Assembly (NCBI RefSeq): GCF_006345805.1
Contig: NC_043001.1
Coordinates: forward strand, 64,418,001 to 64,482,000
From: Octopus sinensis
Lineage: Eukaryota
Direction of reading: 5' to 3'
Length of the DNA stretch: 64,000 bases
The position numbers were made by a program, and so were the translations under genes. Shown here in pieces: positions 36,666 through 50,410 of the stretch. The first letter of the stretch is position 1. Every line of letters starts with the position of its first letter. Under the pieces are notes generated by a model. It was given only the letters and a program-made list of their open reading frames with translations, did not search any database and was not told where the DNA came from.

Positions 36666-37760
36666 CTAGCAGTATAGCCCGGCTTTGCTCAGGATTAAGT
36701 TAGGATTATTAAGCTAATCAAGCTCTTTCTTTCAAAGCAAACTAAGTAACATCGACGTCAAATTTGAGTGAAATCCATTGAAATTGGTAAACTTTTGGCT
36801 GAAATTTTGCAGACAATTTGATTGGGAAATCCCATAGAATCGGTTTATTGATTTTTTTCCACTCATCGATTGTTTTTTTTTTTCGTTTTTGGAGAACTTA
36901 AAGCATTCAAAAATCCCATGAATCCTAAATAACACTGGCAGTATGTTTGAACAAAATACATCAAAATTGGTAGACATTATGGTTGAAAATGGGGTGTAAC
37001 CAATTTTAGTGGTAAGTCCTATAAAGAATCGGTTTATTGATTTTTTTAAATCCTGATTAAATGGAAAACCCTATAAGGAATCAGTTTATTGATTTTTCAC
37101 CCCAAATGGGAATTAACCGAACATTGCTGATTCAAAAACCTCTATATTTATATAAAGGTGATCAGGTTGCATATGCCAACCCTTTTGAAACCCGCCCCCA
37201 TCATGTAATCCCCACTTTGCCCATAGGTTGGGAACCCTTCCAGCAAGGAAAATAGAACGGCCAAAAGGGCCCCCAATCCTCTTTGTGAGAAGCGGTTATG
37301 TTCAGATCACAACTAAGTATATATATATGGGCAACACACACACACACACACAAACATATATGTACATACACCTATTGCATACATGGTTTTGCACGCCTTT
37401 GCCCCTGCCACTGTCCCACCACCACCCCCTACCCTAGTAATACCACCAATTGAAGCAAATTTGGCACCTGGACGTAAGTTTTGTAACAGGAATAGAGAAA
37501 CCTACCTTCTCCCACAGAGATGTGAGAGTCATATCTCTCCTTTCGAAAACATGAACAGTTTCGAAACATTGTTTACAAAATAATAACTTATCGTTTGTGA
37601 AGAAGCTTGTCTACAGTCAACACGTAGGTCTTTTGCTCTGGTAACCTCTGCTCTCTCTCATGTTCACGCACAACCAGCTATATATTGCTATGAGTAGAGC
37701 AATGGATTCAGCTAATTTGGAAATTAGTTGTGGAGAAACAGAGAATATTGTTTATATTGC

Positions 37761-37798
<38 letters not shown>

Positions 37799-38256
37799 AC
37801 GGGCAACACACACACACACATTGTATACATGTGTTTTGTACGCATACATGCTCGTGTGTGTGTGACTGAAGCCATTCACACATACATACATAACAACACC
37901 TGTCTGTTTTTGTCTGTCAATCACTCAGTAAAAAGATGAAATTTAAAAAATCTGTTATCTCTCTCTCTCCCTCTCCCTCTCCCTCCCCCTCTTTACACCG
38001 TCGCTAAAAGGGGACTTAACTCATGTTTTGTTTGTAAACAATGGCGGATTTCTCCGCTGTAAAAATTGTTAGAAGTTATGGCTCAAAATTATTTACTGCT
38101 ATTTGCGGGTGCCTCAGGGGAAAATAATTTGCTGAAAATACAGCTAGGGTCATGACGAATGTCCTCCTAAAATCTGAGCGACATGCATGCTAATTTGTGG
38201 ATGTCCATAAACTACATTCACGTGCACACGCGCATCCTGCCTTATATATATACAGA
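36666..38256 (-). mobile_element. Non-autonomous Helitron-like element
   Basis: Minus strand A^TCTGTATATATATAAGGCAG ... GAGCAAAGCCGGGCTATACTGCTAG^T. Confidence 0.8.
37660..37760 (+). pseudogene. PIF1-like Helitron helicase C-terminal remnant
   Basis: FTHNQLYIAMSRA..ETENIVY matches the FSHGQLYVALSR..TxNIVY pattern. Confidence 0.75.
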
Positions 38257-39009
38257 TCTCTCATTATGGATTCCATAGTGGATTACAGCTGTTGTTTTTC
38301 TATTAAAATGTGGCAGTTTCAGAAAACGTGTTATCCTTGGACATGTGGGTTTTGTTAGGTGGCCTGGTGATGTCCTGGCATTTAGTGAAAGAGTATGGAT
38401 TACTGTTCTCCATCAGGAATTTTTGAAATTGTATGGTGTTGGTGTTTTTGCTTCCTGCCCCACTGCATTTATTACATACCCTGTGAATCTCATTTCTAGC
38501 TCTACCTCTACTATAACAACCACTAGACTCCCACCTACCAACCAGACAACTTACTTCACCCTCCTCCTTTTAACCCTGAACTTACTGCTAAGCTAATGAG
38601 ACTTCAATTTTCAACATCTTACAAAAACTAAACTGGATATTATATGTATGATGTATGTACTTCTGTCAAGTTGTTTAGGAAGGTGTCACAGCAGAATCCA
38701 TAGTTAACTGATACAAGGGCAAAGAGGATGTCTTAGAGAGAAGAAATTACAGTCATGGAAGGAAATTGAGAGCACATCTCATTGTTGCCATCTTTGTCTT
38801 AAAGTGATTGGCATTATGATGGTCATCCAGCCCTAAACACTATGCCAAAGTAGACATTAGTTCACAATGCAGTCCTCTGACCCATTGGATCCTATTAAGC
38901 CATCCTGCCTATGCTAGTATGGAAGTCAGACTTTAAATGATGATGATGATGTATATATGTGTGTGTGTGTTTATGTATGTATGTATGTATGTATGTATGT
39001 ATGTATGTA

Positions 39010-40385
39010 TCTGCAGTTTCTGAATGCAATACAGAACATCATCGCAAAATATTTACATCCATTATCGAACCTCTGGCAGCATATTTGATATCAGGCGCCT
39101 TGCTGCAAAAACAAAGGTATTTACCTCTATCATAAGAGACCTTTTGTATGCAGATGATTGTGAGTTAGTAGCACACACAGAGATTGATATGCAACACATT
39201 TTGAATGCATTCTCTGATGCTTGCACTGCCTTAGGATTGACAGTCAATCTCAAGAAAACTGTTGTCATGCATCAACCTGCCCCTGGTAAGCAGTATAGTG
39301 TACCAAATATCTATGTGTATGGTAAACGACTTGATGTATTTGATCAGTTTGTCTACATGGGAAGCACTATTAATAGATATAGCAATTTGGATGATGAAAT
39401 TCCATATAGAATTAGGAAGCAAGTGTTGCTTTCGGAAGGCTAGAAAACTGCCTCTGGAGTTGGCGAGACATATGCAGAAAGACAAAGATAAAGGCATGTA
39501 CGAGGCATGTGTGCTCCCTTCTCTTCTCTATGCCTGCAAGATGTGGGTCACATATCGATACCACCTGGAACGTTTCCATCAGATGTGCCTCAGATGGATC
39601 TATAGCATTAAGTGGAAGGACCGCATCAGTGATCTTGAAATATTGGAAGGCTCTCAGTGTGAAAGTATAGAAGCTCTTGTTTTAAAGCAAAGGCTCAGAT
39701 GAAGTGGTCATCTGGTCAGGATGAAGGATTCAAGGATGCCAAAACAACTCTTTTATGGAGAGTTAGCTAAAGGAGAACGACCTCCACATAAACCAAAAAA
39801 GAGGTATAAGGACTTGCTGAAGGCTTCCTTAAGAGATGCTTGCATCTCTCCTGACACATGGGAAGGCATAGCTATTGATCGTAGCAGGTGGAGAAGGATT
39901 GTGCATGAGGGGACAGCCACTTTTGATAAATCTTGAGTTGCACATGAGAAAGTAAGAAGGGATGTCAGGAAGGGCATTGCTGTTACACTTCCAGAAGGGA
40001 AGGGTCTTCCTTTGATGCTGACATGCAATGTCTGTGCAAGACCCTGCCTCAGTAAAGCTGGACTCAAGAGTCATCTTCATAGTCATAAAGCGAGACAGAT
40101 GAGTGACAACCTGGCCACTGGTGGTGGTGTAACACACCATACTAATCATATCTGTCCGGCATGTGGAAGAGAGTGTAATTCGGCAGGAGGACTTAAACGA
40201 CATGCAAAGGTACATAAAGCCCAGTTACAACTACAGCTGGCTATTACTGGTAAAGGTTTTAGTTGCCAATTTTGTACAAGACATTGTAGATCTTTAGCTG
40301 GGCTAAAAAGTCACATTCGATCACAGAACCAGTAACAGTTAAGCTTCATGCAATGGCCATACTCGATAACAAGGGGGCAACCTTA
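39010..40385 (+). mobile_element. 5'-truncated BovB-like RTE LINE with three C-terminal C2H2 fingers
   Basis: DLLYADDC, LERFHQMCLR, RMPKQLFYGEL..KRYKDLLK, then ORF 40012-40335 with three CxxC..GLKxH motifs. (ATGT)n on both flanks. Confidence 0.9.
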
Positions 40386-40539
40386 ATGTATGTATGTATG
40401 CATGCATGCATGTATGTTGAAGGCCATCACATTGGCTGTGCATGTAGCATAGGTTGCCTTAGGGTGGCTGTCAATCAAGAAGTGCAGGCCTTGGAAGGGG
40501 CAGTGCTACTAGGAGAAGTGGTAAACTGACATAAGCTAG

Positions 40540-40640
40540 GGCTTGATCAACCCCACTTGGATCACTTGGGTGAGGGTTGTCTGATGTTGACAGACCTGAA
40601 ACATCTAATGACCCCAAGAAACCTCACTGATGATGTATGG
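40540..40640 (+). repeat. Possible HERO-like 3' UTR remnant
   Basis: TGATG..GAAAC..CTGATGA arrangement also seen in the HERO tails at ~32445-32510 and ~35530-35585. Confidence 0.4.
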
Positions 40641-41019
40641 AAAAAAACCACACACACACACGTGCATGCACACATCCAGTTTGCTTTAGTTCTGATTTAC
40701 ATTCTGTTATACATAGATATTGTTTCATTAATAGTGAGTCATTGAATCACAAATATCCAAATTAGACTACATGATAGTACTAGCTGAAGACAAAATAACA
40801 TTTACTTGTTTACAGTGATGGAAGCTTTGCTTCTTAATCAGCTCAGAGCTGCCTCTCTTGGTATCTGGTGCTGAAGTGAACAAACGAGTTTAAAATGCCC
40901 TCTTCTATCCAACAGAACTGATGATGGTATTTTAACATTTTTTTGTCTTTAGTGAGAATCTTGTCTATGAGAAACTGCATTTAAATGATGAGGATGATAT
41001 ACATATATCTGCATATACA

Positions 41020-41380
41020 TAGGTGCAAACCTGACTGTGTGGTAAGTAGCTTGCCTACCAACTAGATGGTTCCAGGTTCAGTCCCATTGCATGACACCTT
41101 GGGCAAGTGTCTTCTACTGTAGCCTCAGGCTGACCAAAGCCTTGTGAGTGGATCTGGTTGACAGAAACTGAAAGAAGTCCATCGTATATGTGTGTGTGTA
41201 TGTGTTTGTCCCTCCACCATTGCTTGAAACCGATGTTGGTGTGTTTACATCCCCGTAATTTAGCAGTTCGGCAAAAGAGCCTGATAGAATAAGTACTGGG
41301 CTTACAAAGAATAAGGCCTGGGGGTGATTTGTTTGACTAAAAGCTGTGCTCCAGTCAAATGACTGAAACAAATAAAAGAA
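41020..41380 (+). repeat. tRNA-derived SINE
   Basis: A-box-like TGTGGTAAG and B-box-like GGTTCAGTCCC, body GGCAAGTGTCTTCTACT..GAAACTGAAAGAAG, 3' hairpin CAGTCAAATGACTGAAAC and A-rich tail. Confidence 0.85.
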
Positions 41381-41562
41381 TATATATAGTCAGATATATA
41401 GATATGAATGTGTGAATATGTGTATGTGTGTGCATGTATATATATATATACGTATGTATGTATGTATATGCACATAAATATATCAGTTGCTATGTTGAGA
41501 TTTGCTTTATGCAGGTGCTAGCTATGCAGGATGCAGTTTGAAGTCATACTCAGGGCACACAC

Positions 41563-41567
<5 letters not shown>

Positions 41568-41636
<69 letters not shown>
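41568..41636. repeat. (GA)n microsatellite
   Basis: Direct inspection. Confidence 0.95.
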
Positions 41637-41638
<2 letters not shown>

Positions 41639-41919
41639 TATTTTATTCATACAGTAAAACTACATTGTTTCCTGTATCCCTAGATAGGAATGCCCCATAA
41701 ACAGTTTATCAAAAATATTTTCAGCTATAGTCACTTCTTATTTCTTATGTAATTTACCAAAGTAAGGAGTTCTTTCATCTATCTACCTACATTGCATTAG
41801 GGTACAATAAAAAAATTGAAGTGTATTGAATTGCAAAGTTGAAGTAACATTTTGGTAAATAGTTTGATGTGACTAAGTCATTACACAATAACAATACATC
41901 TGCCAATCACTATTGTGGA

Positions 41920-42425
41920 GGGAACCCATGGAAGGGGTAGACCCAGGAAGATGAGGGACAAAGTGGTGAGGCATTGGGCTTCACTAAGGAGATGACAAGG
42001 GATCAAGACTTTTGGCAATTTGCTGTGCTTGAGAAGACAAGTCAAGCCAAGTAAAATTGTGGAAATCCATACATATAGGCATGTCTTTTACAGCCATGCC
42101 TCCACTCCTTCTCTCAACCAAGCAGTCCTTGTCTTGTGAGCTCACAGCTGCTGGTGCTATGTGAAAAGCACCCATTTCAATTCTAGTACCACATAAAAGC
42201 ACCCATGCCAGTGCCACGTGAATTGTACCTATGCTGGTGCAATGTGAAAAGTACCCATGCTGGTGCCACATAAAAAGCACCCAGTAAAATGGTTGGTGTT
42301 AGGAAGGGCATCCAGCTGTAGAAACCATACTAAAGCAGATGATTTGATCCTGGTGTAGCTCTCCAGCTTGCCAGCATGGAAAGCAGACTTTAAATGACAT
42401 TGATGACAATGATGATGATGATGAT
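41920..42425 (+). mobile_element. RTE LINE 3' end fragment
   Basis: GRGRPRK remnant, 3' UTR subrepeats, AGGAAGGGCATCCAGCTGTAGAAAC and (GAT)n tail. Confidence 0.85.
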
Positions 42426-42603
42426 GGTATGCTGAAGAATTGGAAGTCATTTTGACCAAGGAAGAATTGGAAGTCATTTTGACCAGTGCTGTGTAACATT
42501 GGATAGTCTGGTTGATACAGTGATATATTGACTTGGTTTGAAAAGACTATCTAATGCCAAAATGTCTTCAAATTAAAAATCAATATATGCAAATATCATT
42601 AGA

Positions 42604-43373
42604 CCAGCAGCATAGCCTGGCGTTGCCTGGGTATGTAAGAAACTTTGTCGATAAGCAATGCTCTTTACCTTTTTACTCTTTTTTGTACTCATTGAACCGT
42701 TATTTTGTAAAATGAAGCCTAAAAGGCATTAAGGCATTCAAGGCACCGTTCCCTTACATGCATGAAGAAGTAGGGAAAATCTATGTGAACTTTCAAAAAA
42801 TATCGCAGAAAAATCGGTTTGCTACATATGATGTAATTAACCGATTTTTTTCCAGTAATAACGTATCCTATTGGAAACAAAAGGGCCATATAGCTCCTTG
42901 GAGCAGACATGATGCTTGCTGTGAATTTCAAAAAAAATTCCTGCCAATTTGTTAAAGATATTGTCGAAAATATGTCATCTTGAATTTGAATGCAATTTCC
43001 CAAAATGGCATGATTTTATCGATTTTTTTCTTATGGTAAGGTATTGCATGGAAAACTAACATCAGAATTAAGTTCCTTAGGGTAACATTAAGCTTCACCA
43101 TGAGTTTGGTGAAAATCGATTGCAAGTTGCGAAAACTACAACGGAAAATGTGTTGCATATGATAAGCTTAGATTCTTGACCCCATGTCGAATTTATCGAT
43201 TTTTTTCAGAACTGGGGGAACTTTTCAAAATTTTCACTGCGTTAGTTTTGAATTATGACATTGGGCTATGTGTGTGTCAAGTTTCATCAGAATCAGTTGA
43301 AAGCCGTGGTCAGGGTGAGGGTACAACCTGACAGACACACAGACAGACAAACTGCCTTTTATATATATAGAGA
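42604..43373 (-). mobile_element. Non-autonomous Helitron-like element
   Basis: Minus A^TCTCTATATATATAAAAGGCAG ... CCCAGGCAACGCCAGGCTATGCTGCTGG^T (CTRR end). Confidence 0.8.
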
Positions 43374-43409
43374 TAACATAAATGTGAAAGAACATTGTAA
43401 TCATTAATT

Positions 43410-43780
43410 AAGGATCTAACTTTAGAGAGAGGATCTCCTCCAATTTTATGAAATCTTCCTGCCAACAACTTCTCAAACATGATGACTGTAATCAGTGCTG
43501 CTACAGAGAAAGCTCATATGTTTGTTGTCTACTTTGGTTTTGACTCACAATGAACACATAGAACAAAATCCCATCAGAAACATCTCTAATCACTTTCAAC
43601 TAATAATGTCCCATTCACCAACCACAAGTGGCTCCTGATTCTAACCAAATACATTTAATCTTTCTCTCTAAATGAACTATCTCAATGTTTTGAAACCTGT
43701 TAAAAAGTGTCTCATCTCAAAGAAAGGCAACCTCTCTAACCCTTATAACAACCAGTCCACCTTACTTCTAGCAGATTTTC
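43410..43780 (+). mobile_element. Possible highly degenerate CR1/L2-type RT remnant
   Basis: LISKKGNLSNPYNNQ resembles the PIxKKGxxSxPxNYRPI motif. Weak. Confidence 0.35.
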
Positions 43781-44018
43781 CCATTGAACATGAACAGCCT
43801 TGGACAACCTGAAAGAGTTACAGGCAGGCATGTACATAGCTTCTCCTGCAGGCTAAGCCATAAAAAAGTAGAACTACATGTCCATTAAATTCTGTTTTTG
43901 CCTCTCAGTCTTTTCTGTACTTGTTAGAATAGTTTTTGCACCTTCTGTACCAGTGAACTGTATCATTTCTTGCCCAAGTCCACATAATGTATCTATTTGT
44001 ACTCTTATCATAATGTAG

Positions 44019-44890
44019 CTACGAGGTGGTAATAAAAAGTTCCCGGACTAGTTATGTTGAATAAAAAATAACTTATTTGCCTAAATTTTATCATCATCTC
44101 CTTCAAAATAGTCACCTTGTGCAGCAATACACTGGTCCCAGCATTCCTGCTGCTTTTGGAATCTGGCCTAGAAGTTGTTTTCTGTAAGACAGTTGTGGAC
44201 TTTCTGCGATTCACTCTGAATTTCAACAACAGTATTAAAATGGTGACCTTTGAGTTGCATTTTCATCTTGGGGAAGAGATGGAAGTTCACAGGAGATAAT
44301 TCTGGCAGATAAGGTGTGTACAGAAGTGATACCATGTTTTTGGTGAGAAACTCAACACAAGAAGAGAGCTTGGTGACAGGATGCATTTTTGTCATGAAGA
44401 ATATAATTCTTTGTACTCCACAGATCGGGTTGCTTTCACCAAATGTCTTCCCTCAGAATGCTTTGAAATATTGCAGTAAGACTCCTATTGATGGTCTGGC
44501 CCTGGGGGATGTATTCTTCATGCACAATACCACATTTCCAGTGATGATGCTTGTGGCAGGTATTCCAGGCATATTCTTCTGCTTTTGAAGTGCCTGTGCC
44601 ACTCAAAACATTGCATATGATCCATTGTTGTTGCCATAAGCTTGCCAAAGTGTGCTCATTGTCTCTGTAGCAGACTTCCTAAGTTTAACGCAAAATCTCA
44701 CATTGGCTCTTTGTTCCTCTCTATGACAAAATTGCAGGCTACATCATACATGTGATCACAAAAACACAAATTTCACAACTTGTGAAGTAAACACAGCAAT
44801 GTCACACAGCACACTGCCTCATGAAGGTCACTGCTAGCTCTCACTATGCATGTAACTGTGTGCTGCCATCTGTTGGCACACTACAGAACT
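44019..44890 (-). mobile_element. Degenerate mariner transposon
   Basis: TACGAGG..AAAAAGTTCCCGGAC TIR-like end; EFLTKN..PYLPELSPVNFHLFPKMK..LKGHHF. Confidence 0.85.
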
Positions 44891-45609
44891 TGTCTGAGAA
44901 CTTTCTGACTCCATCTCATAACTTTACGAAATTTCCAGCTAATCTTTCTTATCTAGATTGTAAGATTCTTGAACTTTTTACCTGCCGTCATGTGGGCATC
45001 ATCCTACAAAAGGTCAGCACCAATTGCATCAGTAGCCTGCAAAGTTTGTTCTCTGTTGGAAGAATTAAATAGCATAGAAGTATTTATTTACATTGAGAGT
45101 GAAATTAGAAGTGAAACAACCACTATTATGTCTTTAATAATCACTTTAATTCAAAATAAAATGAAATATGGTTTGTTCTGCTCAGCATCCTAACAGTATT
45201 AATTTTTTTAATTTGACAAATGATCTTTTTGTAAATTGTTTTTTCCAGAGTATCATTGAATCTTATACATTCAAGTTTTCTTACATGAATAGCGGAATTG
45301 ATATATATAGGTAATTATGAATATTGTTAAATATAAAATTTTCCATTACAATTTTTAAAAAAAATTTGTTTAAAATTGTTTCCTATTTATGCTCTTGTAT
45401 TCTTAGAATATTAATAAATCTTCTGCATTCTTAGAAGCTTTATTAATGAATCTATTTATATTTATTACTGAATAATTCTATTTCCTAGGAAAACTTTAAT
45501 AATTAAAAAAATTACTTTGTAAATATGTATCTTGGAGCAACATCATTCACTCACTGGGATTCTTTGCCTAAAAAAGGGTATTTGACATTCCTTCTGTACT
45601 TGATTCTAT

Positions 45610-45674
45610 TCTACACATAGACACATTCAAACATGCATACACAATGATGCAGAGGTACACACACAAATACACTA

Positions 45675-45709
<35 letters not shown>

Positions 45710-46005
45710 AACATGAATCTGCAGAATACATACATACAAATGTACACACATGCATACATACATACATATATATATATGCATGCACACATACATATGTGTA
45801 TACACATGCATGCTGACATACACAGATGTACACAAACAAACAAACAAAAAGAACAGATAGTCAACAACTACTAAAGAGGTTGCAAGAAGCAATGAAACTT
45901 TTAGAAAAAAAAATTAGCAAATAAGTGGAAATTGAACTGGTGAGTGTGTTAATTAATAAGGCATTAAAACAGAATGACTCTCCCCAGACACAACAATATA
46001 TATTA
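45610..46005. repeat. Repeat family X copy (truncated)
   Basis: Same core as 28815-29000. Confidence 0.85.
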
Positions 46006-46019
46006 CCTTGGATGTGAAA

Positions 46020-49000
46020 TGCGAACCCAAAGGATGACATCTTTCAGATAAGAATTTTTTAAAACTTCAACCCGTTTAACTACCTTGTATTTCTGCGTGC
46101 ATGATAAACCCTTATTAGTTATCTCTATTCTGTCCTACTCTGTCTATTTCAGCACCATGCCATCATGTAAATATAGTTCTATAGTTTCGTCTTACTCATT
46201 GATGTCTAAAATAACCTTAGCTCACACATTTCCTTAATCCACCACATATTCCCTCATTCATCTATGAAAGTTTATCACACAGTCATTCGTCTCTAATTTT
46301 GTCTTACACTGGCTCTCAGATTCTTCAATTCTATTTACGATTATCAACATTTGCTGTCCCGTTAAATTAACTATGCCACTCAATCCTAAATTATCCCTCC
46401 TACGTGTCGCACTCTATCTGTCTCTCTCTTAATTATGTCTCTTAATACCTACAACGAAAAAAAGTTTCCTGGAGATGCGCTAGTTCATATTTGCTAGTTC
46501 TTGGTGCTCCAGCCCTCCCACCCCCTCCACCTGTACCGGAAGTCCCTATTTTGTCATCCTTTGGTTGTCTCCCATGAACACATCTAAAGAACTTACGCCA
46601 CCCCCCACCCCTACTAAATAAGGTAGTGATCATACAGTGCAAAATATGATAGTGTAGTGTACGCAGATTGAACTTAAGACTATTGTTGTTTGTCTATGAA
46701 TTCTGCCAGATGCGAGCCCTCTTTTCAGGTACATGACGCGACTGTCCCCCGTCCCAGGGTCTCAAGGGCCCATACCTCCCACACCCTCAGGTTTGGCACT
46801 CTCAACGTCGGCACACTGAAAGGTAGGTCTAGTGAGATTGTTGAGATGCTTGAACGGAGACGTGTGGATATGTGCTGCATCCAAGAAGTTAGGTGGAGAG
46901 GAGGTTCTGCTGGGTTCCTCATAGGCAAAGAACACAGGTACAAAATTTTCTGGGCAGGGAACACTGATGGGGTTGGGGGTGTGGGTATACTTCTTGCAGA
47001 GAAATGGGTAGAGAAGGTAATTGAGGTAGTCAGAGTATGTGACAGAATACTTAAGATTAGATCAGTGCTCCATCATGGGTTAGCAACCATTATCTCGGCC
47101 TATGCCCCTCAGCCTGGGCTACCCGATGGACAGAAAGACCAATTCTATGACACCCTCTTGCAGACTACCACATTGATGAATGGTGACTTCAATGGACATG
47201 TTGGGGGCTTCCATGGCATACATGGAGGCTACGGTTTTGGCTCTTGTAATGAGGAGAGAACCAGGCTGCTGGAGTTCTGTGATGCAAATGATCTTATGGT
47301 CTTCAATACTAACTTCAGGAAACCTCCCAGTCACCTAGTCATCTACCACTCTGGCAGACGCACTAGTCAAATTGACTACATCCTCACCAGAAAAAGGGAA
47401 AGATGGCTGCTTATAAATGCCAAAACCTTCCCTGGCGAAGAATGTATCCCACAACATAGACTGGTAGTTAGTAGCTTCAGGATCAGGGCTATATGGATGC
47501 CCAGAAGACGACCAGCAAGGAGAAGAAGGGTCTGGAGACTTAAAGATCCGGCAAACGGACAGAGATTTAGAGATATATTAACCGAAGCCTTTGACGAAAT
47601 AGAAGGGGATATAGCTTCACAATATAGATGACAACTGGAGGTTTCTATGGGATAACCTGCTAAGGGCCACTGACCAGATCTGTGGATGGTGCAAAGTGCC
47701 CTCTCGACCCAAAGTAACGTGGTGGTGGAACAATGTTGTTGACAGGGCTATTAGAGAAAAGAAACAGGCTTGGAAAGACTGGAAAAGCGGTGTGGTAGCA
47801 GGGAATTGTATCAGACTGCAAGAAAGGAAGCTAGGAGACAGGTTTATTTGGCCAGAGGGGAAGCAGATAAAAAATTTGCCAATGTTCTGCACCGTGAGGA
47901 CCAAAGACTTGAGGTATTTCGTGTTGCAAGACAGTGTGTGAGAGAGAATCATGATGTTGTTGGAAAGAAATGTGTTCGCATGGATGATGGCTCACTTGCA
48001 CTAAATGAAGCTGCAAAGAGAGAGGGTTGCAGATGCCACTATGAAAGGTTGCTGAATAAAGAAAATGAATGGGAGAAAGAGAGTCTGCCAAATGTCAACC
48101 CAACAGAGGGACCAGCTATCCGAGTTGACAGTACCTTGGTAGATTAAGCAATTAAGAGTATGAAGACAGGGAAAGCCCCCGGCCCATCAGGAATTACTGC
48201 AGAGATGCTCAAAATATCTGGCAGTGTCGGCTATAGCCTAGTCACTGGTATAGTTAACCAGGTGATACACGAAGAAGTCATACCCAATGACTGGTGTAGC
48301 AGCATACTAGTCAACTGCTACAAAGGTAAAGGTGATGCCCTAGATACAAATAATTACAGAGGTATCAAGTTGTTGGATCAAGTAATGAAGGTCACTGAGA
48401 GGGTCATAGCCCAACTAATTAGGGAGAGAGCCAGTTTGGATGAGATGCAGTTTGGTTTCGTGCCAGGAAAAAGCACCACTGATGCTGTATTCCTGGTAAG
48501 ACAGCTGCAGGAGAAATACCTAGCCAAAGATAAGCCCCTGTACCTGGCTTTCATTGACATGGAGAAAGCCTTTGACAGGGTCCCCTGATCCCTTATCTGG
48601 TGGTCATTGAGGAAACTAGGGATAGATGAATGGTTAGTGAGAGCTGTGCAAGCCATGTACAGGGACGCTGTCAGTAAGGTGAGGGTTGGCAACGAGTACA
48701 CTGAAGAATTCAGGGTAGAGGTAGGGGTCCACCAGGGTTCAGTCTTCAGCCCCCTCCTATTTATCATAGTCCTCCAGGCTATAACGGAGGAATTCAAGAC
48801 ATGATGCCCCTGGGAGCTCCTCTATGCTGATGACCTTGCTCTAATTGCTGAGTCACTATCAGAACTAGAGGATAAGTTTCAACTGTGGAAACAAGGATTA
48901 GAATCGAAGGGCCTTAGAGTCAACCTAACTAAAACCAAAGTCCTAATAAGTAGGAAGGCAGGCAGACCACAAATCCCTTCAAGTAGATGGCCCTGCTCGA

Positions 49001-50410
49001 TCTGTAGTAGAGGTGTAGGTAGAAACTCTATAAGATGTACCAAGTGTAAGCTATGGACACATAAGAGGTGCAGTAATATCAAAGGAAGGCTAACTGGGAA
49101 GATAGTTTTTGTATGTGGCAGATGCTCAGGAGCAATAAACTCTGAAAATGCGCAGAGAACAACTTCCGCCACATTTCAGGGAGGAAAACTAGAAGTAGTT
49201 GATAGCTTCCATTACCTAGGTGACCAAGTCAGTAGCGAAGGAGGGTGCGCTGAAAGTGTAGCTGCTAGAATAAGAATAGCTTGGGCAAAGTTCAGAGAGC
49301 TCTTACCTTTGCTGGTGACAAAGGGCCTCTCGCTCAAAGTAAAAGGTAGACTGTATGACGTATGTGTACGAACAACCATGCTACATGGCAGTGAAACATG
49401 GGCCGTGACTGCTGAGGACATGCGTAAGCTCACAAAGAATGAAACCAGTATGATCCGATGGATGTGTAATGTCAGTGTGCATACTCGACAGAGTGTGAGT
49501 ACCTTGAGAGAGATGTTGTACCTAAGAAGCATCATATATGGTGTGCAAGAGAGACAACTGTGCTGGTATGGTGATGTGGTGGAATGGATAGCTGTGTGAA
49601 AAAGTGCCACACCCTAGCGGTTGAGGGAACCTGTGGAAGAGGTAGACCCAGGAAGACCTGGGATGAAGTCGTGAAGCACGACCTTCGAACTTTAGGCCTC
49701 ACCAAGGAAATGATTAGTGACTGAGACCTTTGGAAATATGCTGTCCATGAGAAGACACGGCAAGCCAAATGAGACCATAATCTTTTGGCCTATGCCAGGG
49801 GTGTACCCAGCCCACTTATGCATACCTTCTCCTTCTTTGGACACTAAAACTCTGTTTGCGAAGACCTGTTGAGGCAAGTGAAATCAAAATCAAAATCAAA
49901 ATCAAATTCAATGACTGGTGTCCATGCTAGCAGGTTGCAAAGGGCACCATACGAGTGTGATCATTGACAGAGCGGCCAATCAGCTTCCGTGCCAGTGGCA
50001 CATAAAAGTCACCATTCAGGTGTGATCGTTACCAGCATCGTCTTACTGGCACTCAAGTCCCGTGCTAGTAGGGTGTTAAGAGAACCATCCGAGCGTGATC
50101 ATTGCCAGAGCGGCTATCTGGCCTCCGTGCCGGTGGCATGTAAAAGACACCATCCGAGCGTGACTGTTGCTAGCATCACCTTACTGGCACCTGTGCCAGT
50201 ACCACCTGACTGGCACATAGAAGCACCCACTACACTCTCAGAGTGGTTGGTGTTAGGATGGGCATCCAGCTGTAGAAACTCTGCCAGATCAAGATTGAAG
50301 CCTGGTGCAGCCATCTGGTTCACCAGCCCTCAGTCAAATCGTCCAACCCATGCTAGCATGGAAAGCGGACGTTAAACGACGACGACGGCGATGATGATGA
50401 TGATGATGAT
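46020..50410 (+). mobile_element. RTE LINE, full-length, several stops/frameshifts (subfamily A)
   Basis: 5' region homologous to the 600-bp unit, APE ORF 46690-47631, RT 48160-48804, PHD, C-terminus, (GAT)n tail at ~50390-50410. Confidence 0.95.
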
